From Shigella phage KRT47: a DNA stretch of 64,000 bases. The position numbers and the translations under genes are program-made. This document shows positions 42,300 to 51,921 of the stretch, piece after piece; position 1 is the first letter of the stretch; every line of letters begins with the position of its first letter. The notes below the pieces were generated by a model. That model did no database searches. It was given only the letters and a program-made list of their open reading frames with translations, and was not told where the DNA came from. The stretch is from sequence record MN781580; one strand, 5' to 3'.

Positions 42300-44564
42300 T
42301 CATAATTTACAGGATGAACAATCTTCAGCTTTTGGAGTTTCTATTTCATAATCATCAGTACCAGAACCGTCACGGGTATTATGATAATAGAAATTTTTTC
42401 CGCCAAAATACCAAAAATACAAAAGGTCATCAATCATTATTGACATTGGAACCTTTCCTTTTGGAAAAATCTGCGGGTCATAATATGTATTTGCTGAAGC
42501 TGATTGACACACCCATTTAAGCATAATAGCTACTTGCGTAAGATAAGGTTTATTGCCTTTCTTAGCTAATTTCCACGTATAATCATAGAGGTCTATGTTA
42601 TGCTCAATATTGGGCACGACTTGATTAAAGGAACCCTCTTTTGATTCTTTAACAGAGACTGGTCCACGTGGAGGCTCGATACCGTTTGTACTGTTAGAAA
42701 CTTGGGAAGATGACTCACATGGCATAAGTGCTGATAATGTGCTATTACGGATGCCAAAGAGCTTAAGGTCTTCCCGCAGCGACGACCAGTCACAAACGTA
42801 TTTTGGAGCTGCGATTTGGTCAATCTTTTTATTGTACCAGTCGATAGGTAATTCGCCTCGAGACCAACGAGTGTCTGAATAATATTCGCAAGGTCCTTTT
42901 TCTTTGGCGAGCTTAATGGATGCTTTAATGAGTCCATACTGTAATCTCTCAAATAGTTCATGTGTTAAATCGTTAGCATCTTCATAAGAAGCAAAATTAC
43001 TTGCCAGCCAAGCTGCATAGTTAGTAACACCTACACCAAGATTTCGACGCTTTTTAGCTTTTTCTGCTTCAGGAACTGGATATCCTTGGTAATCCAAAAG
43101 ATTATCAAGAGCACGAACTTGGACTTCTGCCAATTCATTAATTTTATCTTGGTCTTGCCAATCAAAGTTATCTAACACAAATGCAGATAACGTACACAAT
43201 CCAATTTCAGCATCAGGACTATTCACATCATTTGTTGGAATAGCAATTTCACAGCACAAGTTGCTCTGACGAATAGGTGCCTTTTCACGAATAAACGGAG
43301 TATAGTTATTCGTATTATCTATGAACTGTACATAAATCCTTGCTGTTCCTGAGCGTTCAGTCATGAGCAATTCAAACAGTTCACGGGCTTTAATGCGCTT
43401 TTTACGAATATTAGGGTCTTTTTCTGCGGCTTCGTATAATTCACGGAAACGGTCTTGGTCTTTAAAATAAGAATAATAAAGTTCGCCACCCATTTCATGC
43501 GGACTGAACAAAGTAATGTAATCATTCTTTCCGAATCGTTCCATCATTAGGTCATTCAGTTGAACGCCATAATCCATATGACGGATACGGTTTTCTTCTA
43601 CACCTTTGTTATTTTTCAAAACGAGAAGATTTTCAACTTCCAAATGCCAAATAGGATAATAAGCAGTAGCAGCGCCGCCACGAATTCCACCCTGTGAACA
43701 TGATTTAACAGCAGTCTGAAAATGTTTCCAAAAAGGAATAACACCAGTATGGCGTACTTCACCTGTGCCAATCTTAGAACCTTCGGCACGAATCATACCA
43801 ACGTTAATACCAATTCCAGCGCGTTTGGAGATATATTCAACAATTGAAGCGGAAGCCTTATTGATAGACTTCAGCGAATCACCTGCCTCAATAACAACGC
43901 ATGAACTAAACTGTCGAGTCGGAGTACGACAGCCAGCCATAATAGGAGTTGGCAATGAAATCTGTCGAGTAGATACTGCTTCATAAAAACGAATAACATG
44001 TTTTAATCTATCAACAGGTTCATCTTGATGCAATGCCATTCCAATAGTCATAAATGCAAACTGCGGAGTTTCATAAATTTGACCAGTGGTTTTATCTTTA
44101 ACGAGATATTTTTCTTTTAATTGCATCGCCCCGGAATAAGTAAATTCCATATCCCGCTCGTGCTTAATTTTTGATTCTAAAAATGTAATTTCTTCTGCTG
44201 AATATTTTGACAGCAGTTCAGGGTCATATTTACCTTCATTTACACAGTAAGAAATATGGTCAATAAATGAACGTGGTTCATATTGTCCGTAAACATGCTT
44301 ACGAAGAGCAAACATTAAACAGCGAGCGGCTACGTATTGATAATCAGGCTCTTCAACTGAAATAGAATTCGCAGCAGCCTTAATTACAATGGTTTGAATG
44401 TCATCAGTGGTCATTCCATCACGGAGATATGATTTAATATTTTCATATAATTCATAAGGATCTACAGATGTTCCTTCAGCTGCCCAGGATAAAACTTTAA
44501 TAATTTTTTGCGGGTCAAAGCTCTGAGAAACACCACTACTTTTGATAACATTAATTAATTGCAT
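42300..44564 (-). CDS. nrdA: ribonucleotide reductase large subunit
   Basis: 754 aa, T4 NrdA length; recognised. Confidence 0.95.
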   Translation of the reverse strand: MQLINVIKSSGVSQSFDPQKIIKVLSWAAEGTSVDPYELYENIKSYLRDGMTTDDIQTIVIKAAANSISVEEPDYQYVAARCLMFALRKHVYGQYEPRSFIDHISYCVNEGKYDPELLSKYSAEEITFLESKIKHERDMEFTYSGAMQLKEKYLVKDKTTGQIYETPQFAFMTIGMALHQDEPVDRLKHVIRFYEAVSTRQISLPTPIMAGCRTPTRQFSSCVVIEAGDSLKSINKASASIVEYISKRAGIGINVGMIRAEGSKIGTGEVRHTGVIPFWKHFQTAVKSCSQGGIRGGAATAYYPIWHLEVENLLVLKNNKGVEENRIRHMDYGVQLNDLMMERFGKNDYITLFSPHEMGGELYYSYFKDQDRFRELYEAAEKDPNIRKKRIKARELFELLMTERSGTARIYVQFIDNTNNYTPFIREKAPIRQSNLCCEIAIPTNDVNSPDAEIGLCTLSAFVLDNFDWQDQDKINELAEVQVRALDNLLDYQGYPVPEAEKAKKRRNLGVGVTNYAAWLASNFASYEDANDLTHELFERLQYGLIKASIKLAKEKGPCEYYSDTRWSRGELPIDWYNKKIDQIAAPKYVCDWSSLREDLKLFGIRNSTLSALMPCESSSQVSNSTNGIEPPRGPVSVKESKEGSFNQVVPNIEHNIDLYDYTWKLAKKGNKPYLTQVAIMLKWVCQSASANTYYDPQIFPKGKVPMSIMIDDLLYFWYFGGKNFYYHNTRDGSGTDDYEIETPKAEDCSSCKL

Positions 44565-44881
44565 AAGTCCTCAACTTGAAAATCGTCTTTAAACAATCGG
44601 TTAACTATATGAGCTATTATATCACCATGACACGGCTTTGGTTTACATGTGCATCCTAGCCTCATTCCACGTAAAGGCTCTAAATGTGCTTTAGTTATTT
44701 CTCCGGATTTAATTCGACGTATAAAATCTTTTTTGAATAATTCAATGGCAGCCTCCCGGCTGCCAGCATCTTTACCGACGTAATTTCCCCAAAATGTACC
44801 ACGGTGAATATTAACATCAAAGTCGGATTTATATTTATTCACTACCCGGCATAGACGGCCCGCGTGGTAATAATTCGTCAT
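44555..44881 (-). CDS. hypothetical protein (nrdA.1-like position)
   Basis: 108 aa ORF overlapping nrdA start; [11 protein letters not shown] motif. Confidence 0.55.
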   Translation of the reverse strand: MTNYYHAGRLCRVVNKYKSDFDVNIHRGTFWGNYVGKDAGSREAAIELFKKDFIRRIKSGEITKAHLEPLRGMRLGCTCKPKPCHGDIIAHIVNRLFKDDFQVEDLCN

Positions 44882-45098
44882 ATTGTTTTTCCGTTAAAAC
44901 AGTAATATCATAATAACAATCAGAAGAAGTTTTAACTGTAGAAATTTTATTATCAAAATACTCACGAGTCATTTTATGAGTATAATATTTTTTGCCATAA
45001 ATGATAATAGGCTGTTCTGGTCCTGGAACTTCTAACTCGCTTGGATTAGGAAGTGTAAAAAGAACGACACCAGAAGTATCCTTAAATCGTAAAATCAT
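44835..45098 (-). CDS. hypothetical protein (nrdA.2-like position)
   Basis: 87 aa ORF. Confidence 0.5.
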   Translation of the reverse strand: MILRFKDTSGVVLFTLPNPSELEVPGPEQPIIIYGKKYYTHKMTREYFDNKISTVKTSSDCYYDITVLTEKQYDELLPRGPSMPGSE

Positions 45099-45955
45099 AT
45101 TGCCATTTTCCCTTTAATTGCTGGATGCGATTCATAATTTTCAAGGATAAAATCTTTCGGTTTCATGTATTCAGTTAACCAGTAAAGCTGTGTTTCGGTG
45201 TCACAATTTCCAAACTCTATAGGCCAATCAATTTTAAGTTCACACAGTTCTTTAGGCTCACGACGTAAAATTTCTTTACATTGCGCAGTATGATTCATAT
45301 AGATGTGAGTATTACCACCAGAAAATATCAAATCTCCTGGGATAAGATTACACATCTTAGCCACAATATGCGTCAAGGCAGCGTACGAGGCAATGTTGAA
45401 TGGCAAGCCCAAGAAAACATCTACACTTCTTTGGTACCATTGTAAATCAAGATAACCATTACGCACATTAAACTGATAGAACATATGACAGGGCGGTAAT
45501 GCCATTTGATTGATTTCAGCTGGATTCCATGCTGAAACGATTTGACGTCGATCAGTTGGTAATTTTTTAATACGATCAATAGTTTCAACTAATTGATCCA
45601 CACCACCGAAATCACGCCATTGTTTACCATATATAGGACCAAGTTCACCACTATGATATCCTAGGTCTTTAGCTTGGTTTTCATAATTGTCATCCCAGAT
45701 AGTTTTACCTTGAATAAGACTACCGTGAGTAAGAAGACGTAAATCATTAACATTGGTAGAACCGGAAATAAACCATAAAAGCTCAGCAATGCATGCATTC
45801 CAGGCGAGCTTCTTAGTTGTTACTGCAGGAAAACCTTTAGTTAAATCCCAGCGTAATTTAGTACCGAACAGAGCAATTGTTCCTATGCCTGTTCGGTCAT
45901 CGGTTTCATAGCCATTTTCAAAAATGTCTTTAATTAAATCTTGGTATTGTTTCAT
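45095..45955 (-). CDS. td: thymidylate synthase, uninterrupted (no group I intron)
   Basis: 286 aa continuous ORF with TS active-site region PPCHMFYQF; T4 Td length. Confidence 0.95.
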   Translation of the reverse strand: MKQYQDLIKDIFENGYETDDRTGIGTIALFGTKLRWDLTKGFPAVTTKKLAWNACIAELLWFISGSTNVNDLRLLTHGSLIQGKTIWDDNYENQAKDLGYHSGELGPIYGKQWRDFGGVDQLVETIDRIKKLPTDRRQIVSAWNPAEINQMALPPCHMFYQFNVRNGYLDLQWYQRSVDVFLGLPFNIASYAALTHIVAKMCNLIPGDLIFSGGNTHIYMNHTAQCKEILRREPKELCELKIDWPIEFGNCDTETQLYWLTEYMKPKDFILENYESHPAIKGKMAI

Positions 45956-46000
45956 TTAGTACCTTATATAAATTATAATACATTTTATGAAGCTGAATAA

Positions 46001-46360
46001 TCAATACGGTTTAGCATCAAATTTTCTTTCGATTTCAGGAGTGAAATATAATTCTTTACCACGTTTGGAAAAACGACCAATAATATGATAATTATTCTCA
46101 TCAAACGTGATATTACCAATATCCATAGCTTTCAACCAAATATCGATATTTCTATCTAGTTTTATATCAAAATTCCAATACGGAGAACTATTACCAAAAA
46201 TACTACAAGCGGATTCAGTGAAACAACTGCTATAAATCTTGTCTTTAGGAACTACTAATTGATAGACGCCTTTAATAAACTGAGGACCCTGCCATTTTGG
46301 TTGTTTCGCGTCTTTTTCTAATAGAATAGGGTAATAATTAAAATTCATATTTTCCGCCAC
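46001..46360 (-). CDS. hypothetical protein between td and frd
   Basis: 119 aa ORF. Confidence 0.55.
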   Translation of the reverse strand: MAENMNFNYYPILLEKDAKQPKWQGPQFIKGVYQLVVPKDKIYSSCFTESACSIFGNSSPYWNFDIKLDRNIDIWLKAMDIGNITFDENNYHIIGRFSKRGKELYFTPEIERKFDAKPY

Positions 46361-46368
46361 GTGTTATT

Positions 46369-47198
<830 letters not shown>

Positions 47199-47209
47199 AT
47201 TATCTCCTA

Positions 47210-47542
47210 TTAAAAAGGATCAGGAACATATCCACTAGCTTTAATCATTTTAACTAATGTTACCATTCCTTTGTTAACTGCTTGTGAGATTTCATCAAAA
47301 ACTTCATCATTAAAAAGTTCTAGCACACCCTTCTGAACTTTTAATTTACAGCCAACAATTTCGTCATCGCCTATAGTAAATTCATTACCGCCAATTCCAC
47401 CGAAAAACTTAATTATCCCAGTTAACTGTCTTCCACGAGAATATGGGTCATGTGATAAAGTAATATGAGTCACCCCAGGTACAGTTTTAAATTGACAGCG
47501 AATGTTTACTTGAGAAATTCCAGTTACATGAATGTCAGACAT
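47210..47542 (-). CDS. hypothetical protein (frd.x cluster)
   Basis: 110 aa ORF. Confidence 0.55.
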   Translation of the reverse strand: MSDIHVTGISQVNIRCQFKTVPGVTHITLSHDPYSRGRQLTGIIKFFGGIGGNEFTIGDDEIVGCKLKVQKGVLELFNDEVFDEISQAVNKGMVTLVKMIKASGYVPDPF

Positions 47543-47552
47543 AATATTTTCC

Positions 47553-47795
47553 TCAAACAGACTTTTTCACAGTTTTCCAATCAGCTTTAAACTGATCAAC
47601 ATCAGAATGGTAAATCCAAAACCCTGCGCTTTCTCCATCTTCATAAAGAGGACATCCATCGCATTCATCTTCCCATCCCATATCACGCAAAAGACGTTCA
47701 GCTTTTTCAACAAGTTCAGAATCTTTACCGATGATATTAAAATACCATTTACCCCTAACTTCTGAATCTTTAATGCTCTGACGTTGTAATCTCAT
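47553..47795 (-). CDS. hypothetical protein (frd.x cluster)
   Basis: 80 aa ORF with AAGGAG SD, downstream of early promoter. Confidence 0.6.
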   Translation of the reverse strand: MRLQRQSIKDSEVRGKWYFNIIGKDSELVEKAERLLRDMGWEDECDGCPLYEDGESAGFWIYHSDVDQFKADWKTVKKSV

Positions 47796-47820
47796 TTTAT
47801 TCTCCTTAGTTGATAGGGTA

Positions 47821-47850
47821 ATAGTATCACACTACTACCCTACTGTAAAC
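47821..47850 (-). promoter_or_regulatory. T4-type early promoter (GTTTAC-N18-TACTAT)
   Basis: Minus sense -35 at 47845-47850, -10 at 47821-47826; overlaps stop of upstream ORF. Confidence 0.55.
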
Positions 47851-48230
47851 TACTTTTTGAAAGTTTTTCGCAAAAGTTCAATGATTTCGTCTACATTATT
47901 TTCGTCAACAATGCAGTGAATTTTTGTTACGCCAGAAACCTTGTCTTCGACTTCATCTTCTTCGGAAGTCGATTCTTTATACTCACGAAAACAATGAAAT
48001 TCATCTTCACAAATTTCTAAAAGTCTATCTTTGAGATAAAAATGCTTTCCATTTGCGCATTCAATGTGTTTTACTGCTTTGTATCCATTGGCGACGGAAA
48101 CTTCTTTAACTTCAAACCATCCGCCATTATCTCGAATAGCTTTAACTATTGATGAATTGGAACGTGGGCTATAATTAATAAATGTATCAATAAGTCTTGG
48201 AACAAGTTCATATTTTCTACCAGTATACAT
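47850..48230 (-). CDS. hypothetical protein (uncharacterised ORF between frd cluster and gene 32)
   Basis: 126 aa ORF bounded by hairpin 48251-48268 and promoter 47821-47850. Confidence 0.55.
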   Translation of the reverse strand: MYTGRKYELVPRLIDTFINYSPRSNSSIVKAIRDNGGWFEVKEVSVANGYKAVKHIECANGKHFYLKDRLLEICEDEFHCFREYKESTSEEDEVEDKVSGVTKIHCIVDENNVDEIIELLRKTFKK

Positions 48231-48250
48231 TGCATTTTCCTCATTTTAAT

Positions 48251-48268
48251 GGGGGCTTGATAGCCCCC
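48251..48268 (-). terminator. hairpin GGGGGCT-loop-AGCCCCC between two small ORFs
   Basis: 7-bp GC stem; no U run, so probably an RNA stability or processing hairpin. Confidence 0.4.
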
Positions 48269-48275
48269 TTGATAA

Positions 48276-48503
48276 TTATTGTTCAATCAGTCCCATGTAA
48301 AATTCTGCGTCTTCAGAATCCATGCCATCACAATATTCATTAGCCATAAAGCGGGTGAGGTCTTCAAGAGGACCTTCAATAACGATTTGAATACTCCAAA
48401 ACTTAGAATCTTGCACGCTTGTGATACTAAGTTCAGGATAACGATTACGAATAATTTCTTCAATATATTCAAAATCAACGATGTCAATATCAACTTTAGC
48501 CAT
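48276..48503 (-). CDS. hypothetical acidic small protein (uncharacterised ORF adjacent to gene 32)
   Basis: Track ORF 48276..48524; ATG 48503 (MAKVDID...) with AGAGGA SD gives 75 aa. Confidence 0.55.
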   Translation of the reverse strand: MAKVDIDIVDFEYIEEIIRNRYPELSITSVQDSKFWSIQIVIEGPLEDLTRFMANEYCDGMDSEDAEFYMGLIEQ

Positions 48504-48546
48504 ATTATTTTCCTCTTTAATCATCAGCAGTATTGCTGATAGTTGT

Positions 48547-48576
48547 ATAGTACCACAGTCCTTGTGGTATGTAAAC
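48547..48576 (-). promoter_or_regulatory. T4-type early promoter (GTTTAC-N18-TACTAT)
   Basis: Minus sense -35 at 48571-48576, -10 at 48547-48552; about 30 nt downstream of gene 32 terminator. Confidence 0.55.
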
Positions 48577-48600
48577 CGTTTTGTGAAAAAATTTTGAAAT

Positions 48601-48626
48601 AAAAAAAGGGGACCTCTAGGGTCCCC
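48601..48626 (-). terminator. intrinsic terminator after gene 32 (minus strand)
   Basis: Minus sense GGGGACC-loop-GGUCCCC followed by seven U. Confidence 0.75.
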
Positions 48627-48648
48627 AATTAATTAGTAATATAATCTA

Positions 48649-49557
48649 TTAAAGGTCATTCAAAAGGTCATCCAGGTCCGTGTCATCAGCACTAGATGAA
48701 CTGCCAGAGCTTGAGCTCATAAAATCATCTTCAGTTTTTGTTTTGAAGTCATCAACATTGAATGCATCCAAATCATCAGCAACTTTATCAGCTTTCTTAG
48801 CGGCAGTTGCTGCGGCACCACCCATAGCAGCAGTTCCCATAACTTGACCGAATTTAGTATTCAGTTCTTCAAACGATTTGAATTTATCTTTAGAAGTCAT
48901 TTCAGAAAGGTCAACCATTTGTTCGAACAGTTCTTTCTGGAAAGATTCATCGTCAATGTTTGGAATCGCAGATTGATTCAGGAATTTAGATTCGTCGTAG
49001 TTACTAAATCCAGAAACTTGTTTAACTTTCAGTACAAAGTTAGCACCTTCCCACGGACAAGTTACATCAACCGGAGTTTCACCCATTTCAACATCAACTG
49101 CAATCATTGCGTTGATTTTATCCCAGATTTTCTTACCGAAACGGTATTTAAATACTTTACCTTCATTTTCTGGAGCAGCTGGGTCTTTTACTACAAGAAT
49201 GTTAGCCCAGTAAGAAGTTTTACGTTTAACAAGACTGTACTCTTTATTGTCAGTGTTGTACAAATCATTTTTACTAATGTACTGACATACTGGACAAGAA
49301 TCGTAATCACCGTGGGTAGATGAGCAATTTTCGATATACCATTTACCGTTTTTCTTGAAACCGTGATTTACAAGAATTGCGAATGGTGCTTGTTCATCAT
49401 TTTTAGACGGAAGAAAACGAATTACTGCTTGACCGTTACCCGCATTGTCGAGTTTCAGTTTCCACTCGCCTTTATCTTCAGAAGAAAAACCACCTTTATT
49501 TCCAGCCAATTTAGCCATTTGTGCAGCGAGTTCAGCAGTAGATTTACGTTTAAACAT
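48649..49557 (-). CDS. 32: single-stranded DNA-binding protein gp32
   Basis: 302 aa; recognised T4 gp32 including acidic C-terminal tail. Confidence 0.97.
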   Translation of the reverse strand: MFKRKSTAELAAQMAKLAGNKGGFSSEDKGEWKLKLDNAGNGQAVIRFLPSKNDEQAPFAILVNHGFKKNGKWYIENCSSTHGDYDSCPVCQYISKNDLYNTDNKEYSLVKRKTSYWANILVVKDPAAPENEGKVFKYRFGKKIWDKINAMIAVDVEMGETPVDVTCPWEGANFVLKVKQVSGFSNYDESKFLNQSAIPNIDDESFQKELFEQMVDLSEMTSKDKFKSFEELNTKFGQVMGTAAMGGAAATAAKKADKVADDLDAFNVDDFKTKTEDDFMSSSSGSSSSADDTDLDDLLNDL

Positions 49558-49656
49558 TTTTATTTCCTTTTTAATTTAATTAACAGTTGGTGCTATGACG
49601 ATGTATGACCTCATAGCTGGTCAGTGAGATAATTATAATCTATTTATAATAAGCAA

Positions 49657-50310
49657 TTAATACTTACAAGATTTCACAGTTTCAATAAAAACTTTTTTAG
49701 CTTCCTGTGAATCAATATTTAAAATTTTTCTATAAGCCTTTAATTTTATAGAATAATTATTCCAGACTAAATTATCAGTCTGTTCATCATGTTTATCAAT
49801 TATATTTAAAAACGAATCAAGCAAGATAAACGTCTCAAACGAAATTATATTTGATTGAAGTAGTTTAAAAATATAACTTGATTGAACTTTTGGATTATAC
49901 TCAAAAATTTCTTTAAAAGCAGAAACTTCAACTTTTTTACTAAAATAATAAATGTTGCGAATATCTTCTTCAAACTTAAATTTAATTTGCTTTAAGCGTC
50001 CGATATATTCACGATAAAACACAAGTGCATCAGCGTCAGAGATGTCACCAATCCAAGCATCTTGGTTAGCAACCAGATTGCTTATAAAGATTAAAGCAAG
50101 TTCCTTTAATTTATATTTTTCTGATAACTTCTGGAAAAAATACTTATCCCTTCGCTTTTGATAAGCGGCATCAGACACCCGCATGCACCAATTATACTTA
50201 ATTACATCATACTTTCCATTCATATGTTGTTTTATCATTAAGTATAATTTATAAACTGATTTACCATCAATATATCTTTCACCACCAGCAGGCATGCGGA
50301 GTTTAATCAT
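49657..50310 (-). CDS. 59: helicase loader gp59
   Basis: 217 aa, T4 gp59 length; recognised. Confidence 0.92.
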   Translation of the reverse strand: MIKLRMPAGGERYIDGKSVYKLYLMIKQHMNGKYDVIKYNWCMRVSDAAYQKRRDKYFFQKLSEKYKLKELALIFISNLVANQDAWIGDISDADALVFYREYIGRLKQIKFKFEEDIRNIYYFSKKVEVSAFKEIFEYNPKVQSSYIFKLLQSNIISFETFILLDSFLNIIDKHDEQTDNLVWNNYSIKLKAYRKILNIDSQEAKKVFIETVKSCKY

Positions 50311-50645
50311 AGCAGAAAATCTAATGTATTAGTTTTTTCACAACGAACAACAGAAGGACGTAAAAGATTTTCGTCAATAGCTTCTGACTGAATTTTTTCA
50401 ATTATACCCGAAGGAATAAATTTAGCAAATTGAGTTTCAGGAATAGAGTTTTCTTCTAAGAATGCTGTCGTAGCTTCAAGATAACTCATTCCAAACTCTT
50501 CTACCATTTTTTCAATAATAAATCCATTTTCTTGACGATCAAGAAGCTTTGCTATTTCATCCTTTTCTTTCTTGATTGAAAGTTCTTTTTCTGAAAGACC
50601 GGTCTCATCGACCGGACGAATATCATTTAGAGAAAACTGTGTCAT
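50307..50645 (-). CDS. 33: late-transcription accessory protein gp33
   Basis: Track ORF extends to 50654; ATG 50645 (MTQFSLND...) gives 112 aa as T4 gp33. Confidence 0.88.
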   Translation of the reverse strand: MTQFSLNDIRPVDETGLSEKELSIKKEKDEIAKLLDRQENGFIIEKMVEEFGMSYLEATTAFLEENSIPETQFAKFIPSGIIEKIQSEAIDENLLRPSVVRCEKTNTLDFLL

Positions 50646-50892
50646 AAAGTTCAACTACCTCTTCAGTTTCAGCTTCAAACACATCACGGTTATCTTTATG
50701 ATACAAAGCTAACAGACGATTAAACATCTTACCATCAACGCCAAGTTCATCTTTAGCACGAATTCGAATATCTTTAATCAGTTCATTATAACCGGAAATT
50801 TTCAGTTTATGATCAGATGCTTCTTTAATAAATTTAGCCAAGTCTTCGCCATGGATAGCTTCATCAAATTCAACCATTTCTTTTTTAGCCAT
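50623..50892 (-). CDS. dsbA: double-stranded DNA-binding protein DsbA
   Basis: 89 aa, T4 DsbA length; position between 33 and rnh. Confidence 0.8.
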   Translation of the reverse strand: MAKKEMVEFDEAIHGEDLAKFIKEASDHKLKISGYNELIKDIRIRAKDELGVDGKMFNRLLALYHKDNRDVFEAETEEVVELYDTVFSK

Positions 50893-50900
50893 TATTCACC

Positions 50901-51818
50901 TCAAAATTCATTAATGCTATTAGTTAATTTAGAAAGACCCGCTTTTACAAAATATGAATAAATTTTGCCACGCGGTGGTAATTTATATGAATTATAGTAA
51001 TTCACAATGTTTGAAGCAATATTATCAGGAATATAATCAAAATCAATTAGAACTAAATTTTCTTTATAACGATTATATTCAGATTCTGTGAGAAGCACCT
51101 TAGCTTGCTCACGGTCATTAGCAATAGCTTCAACGATTGAAGTTTTCATTGAAGGAGTTCGTTCACCTTCAACTTTGGTAAACCAAAAGTCAGATCGTAC
51201 TTTAACTGAAGCAACGTTATCCTTTTTGTCACCTTTAAGGATTTTAGTCATACAGTCAATTTCAGCAGAACCGCTTTTAATTTTAACCCATTTCTTGTGC
51301 ATCGGTGACCATTGCTTAACATTTGGATATTTGTGAAGCTGTGTAAAGTCACCATCCGACGAAATGATTAAAATCTTGTGTCCTTCTAAAGAGAACTTTT
51401 TAACCAAAACAGCAATATGGTCATCTGCTTCATACTTATCAATATCCATAACGATGTATGGCATATAAGCTTTCAATTCATCTATAACTTTATGACTGGA
51501 TTCAAAATAACCTTCCCAGTCCCAAGTAGATTCTTCTCGTGCTTTTCCACGGTTTTTCTTATAATAATAAGCAAAATCACGACGCCAGTATCCAGATTTC
51601 GCGTTATCAATACACAATACAATTTTAGTGTATCCAAGAGCTTTTGCTTTTTTGACATTAAACTTAATTGAGTTCAATATCAAATGACGAACCATTGATA
51701 AATTAATTTTTTCTTTATCTGGAAAATTTACTAAAGCCGTAGAAAGTGCAATCTGACTAAAGTCAATAAAGCAAATTCCTTCTTTGTAATCTTCATCCAG
51801 CATCATTTCTAAATCCAT
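50901..51818 (-). CDS. rnh: RNase H (5'-3' exonuclease / flap endonuclease)
   Basis: Track ORF extends to 51833; ATG 51818 (MDLEMML...) with GAGG SD gives 305 aa as T4 RNase H. Confidence 0.92.
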   Translation of the reverse strand: MDLEMMLDEDYKEGICFIDFSQIALSTALVNFPDKEKINLSMVRHLILNSIKFNVKKAKALGYTKIVLCIDNAKSGYWRRDFAYYYKKNRGKAREESTWDWEGYFESSHKVIDELKAYMPYIVMDIDKYEADDHIAVLVKKFSLEGHKILIISSDGDFTQLHKYPNVKQWSPMHKKWVKIKSGSAEIDCMTKILKGDKKDNVASVKVRSDFWFTKVEGERTPSMKTSIVEAIANDREQAKVLLTESEYNRYKENLVLIDFDYIPDNIASNIVNYYNSYKLPPRGKIYSYFVKAGLSKLTNSINEF

Positions 51819-51879
51819 ATGAACCTCGTTCAATTAGTGAGAATTTTATTATAACATCTTAAATCTTAAAGTAAATAAG

Positions 51880-51887
51880 TATAAATA
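51880..51887 (+). promoter_or_regulatory. T4-type late promoter TATAAATA for gene 34
   Basis: Exact TATAAATA about 35 nt upstream of gene 34 ATG. Confidence 0.65.
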
Positions 51888-51921
51888 CTTATTATTGAAA
51901 ACACAATAGGAGCCCGGGAGA

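Noticed and set aside
48844-49323. 159-aa plus-strand ORF antisense to gene 32
   Set aside because: Entirely within the highly conserved gp32 gene; Phe/Arg-rich composition typical of antisense AT-rich frames.
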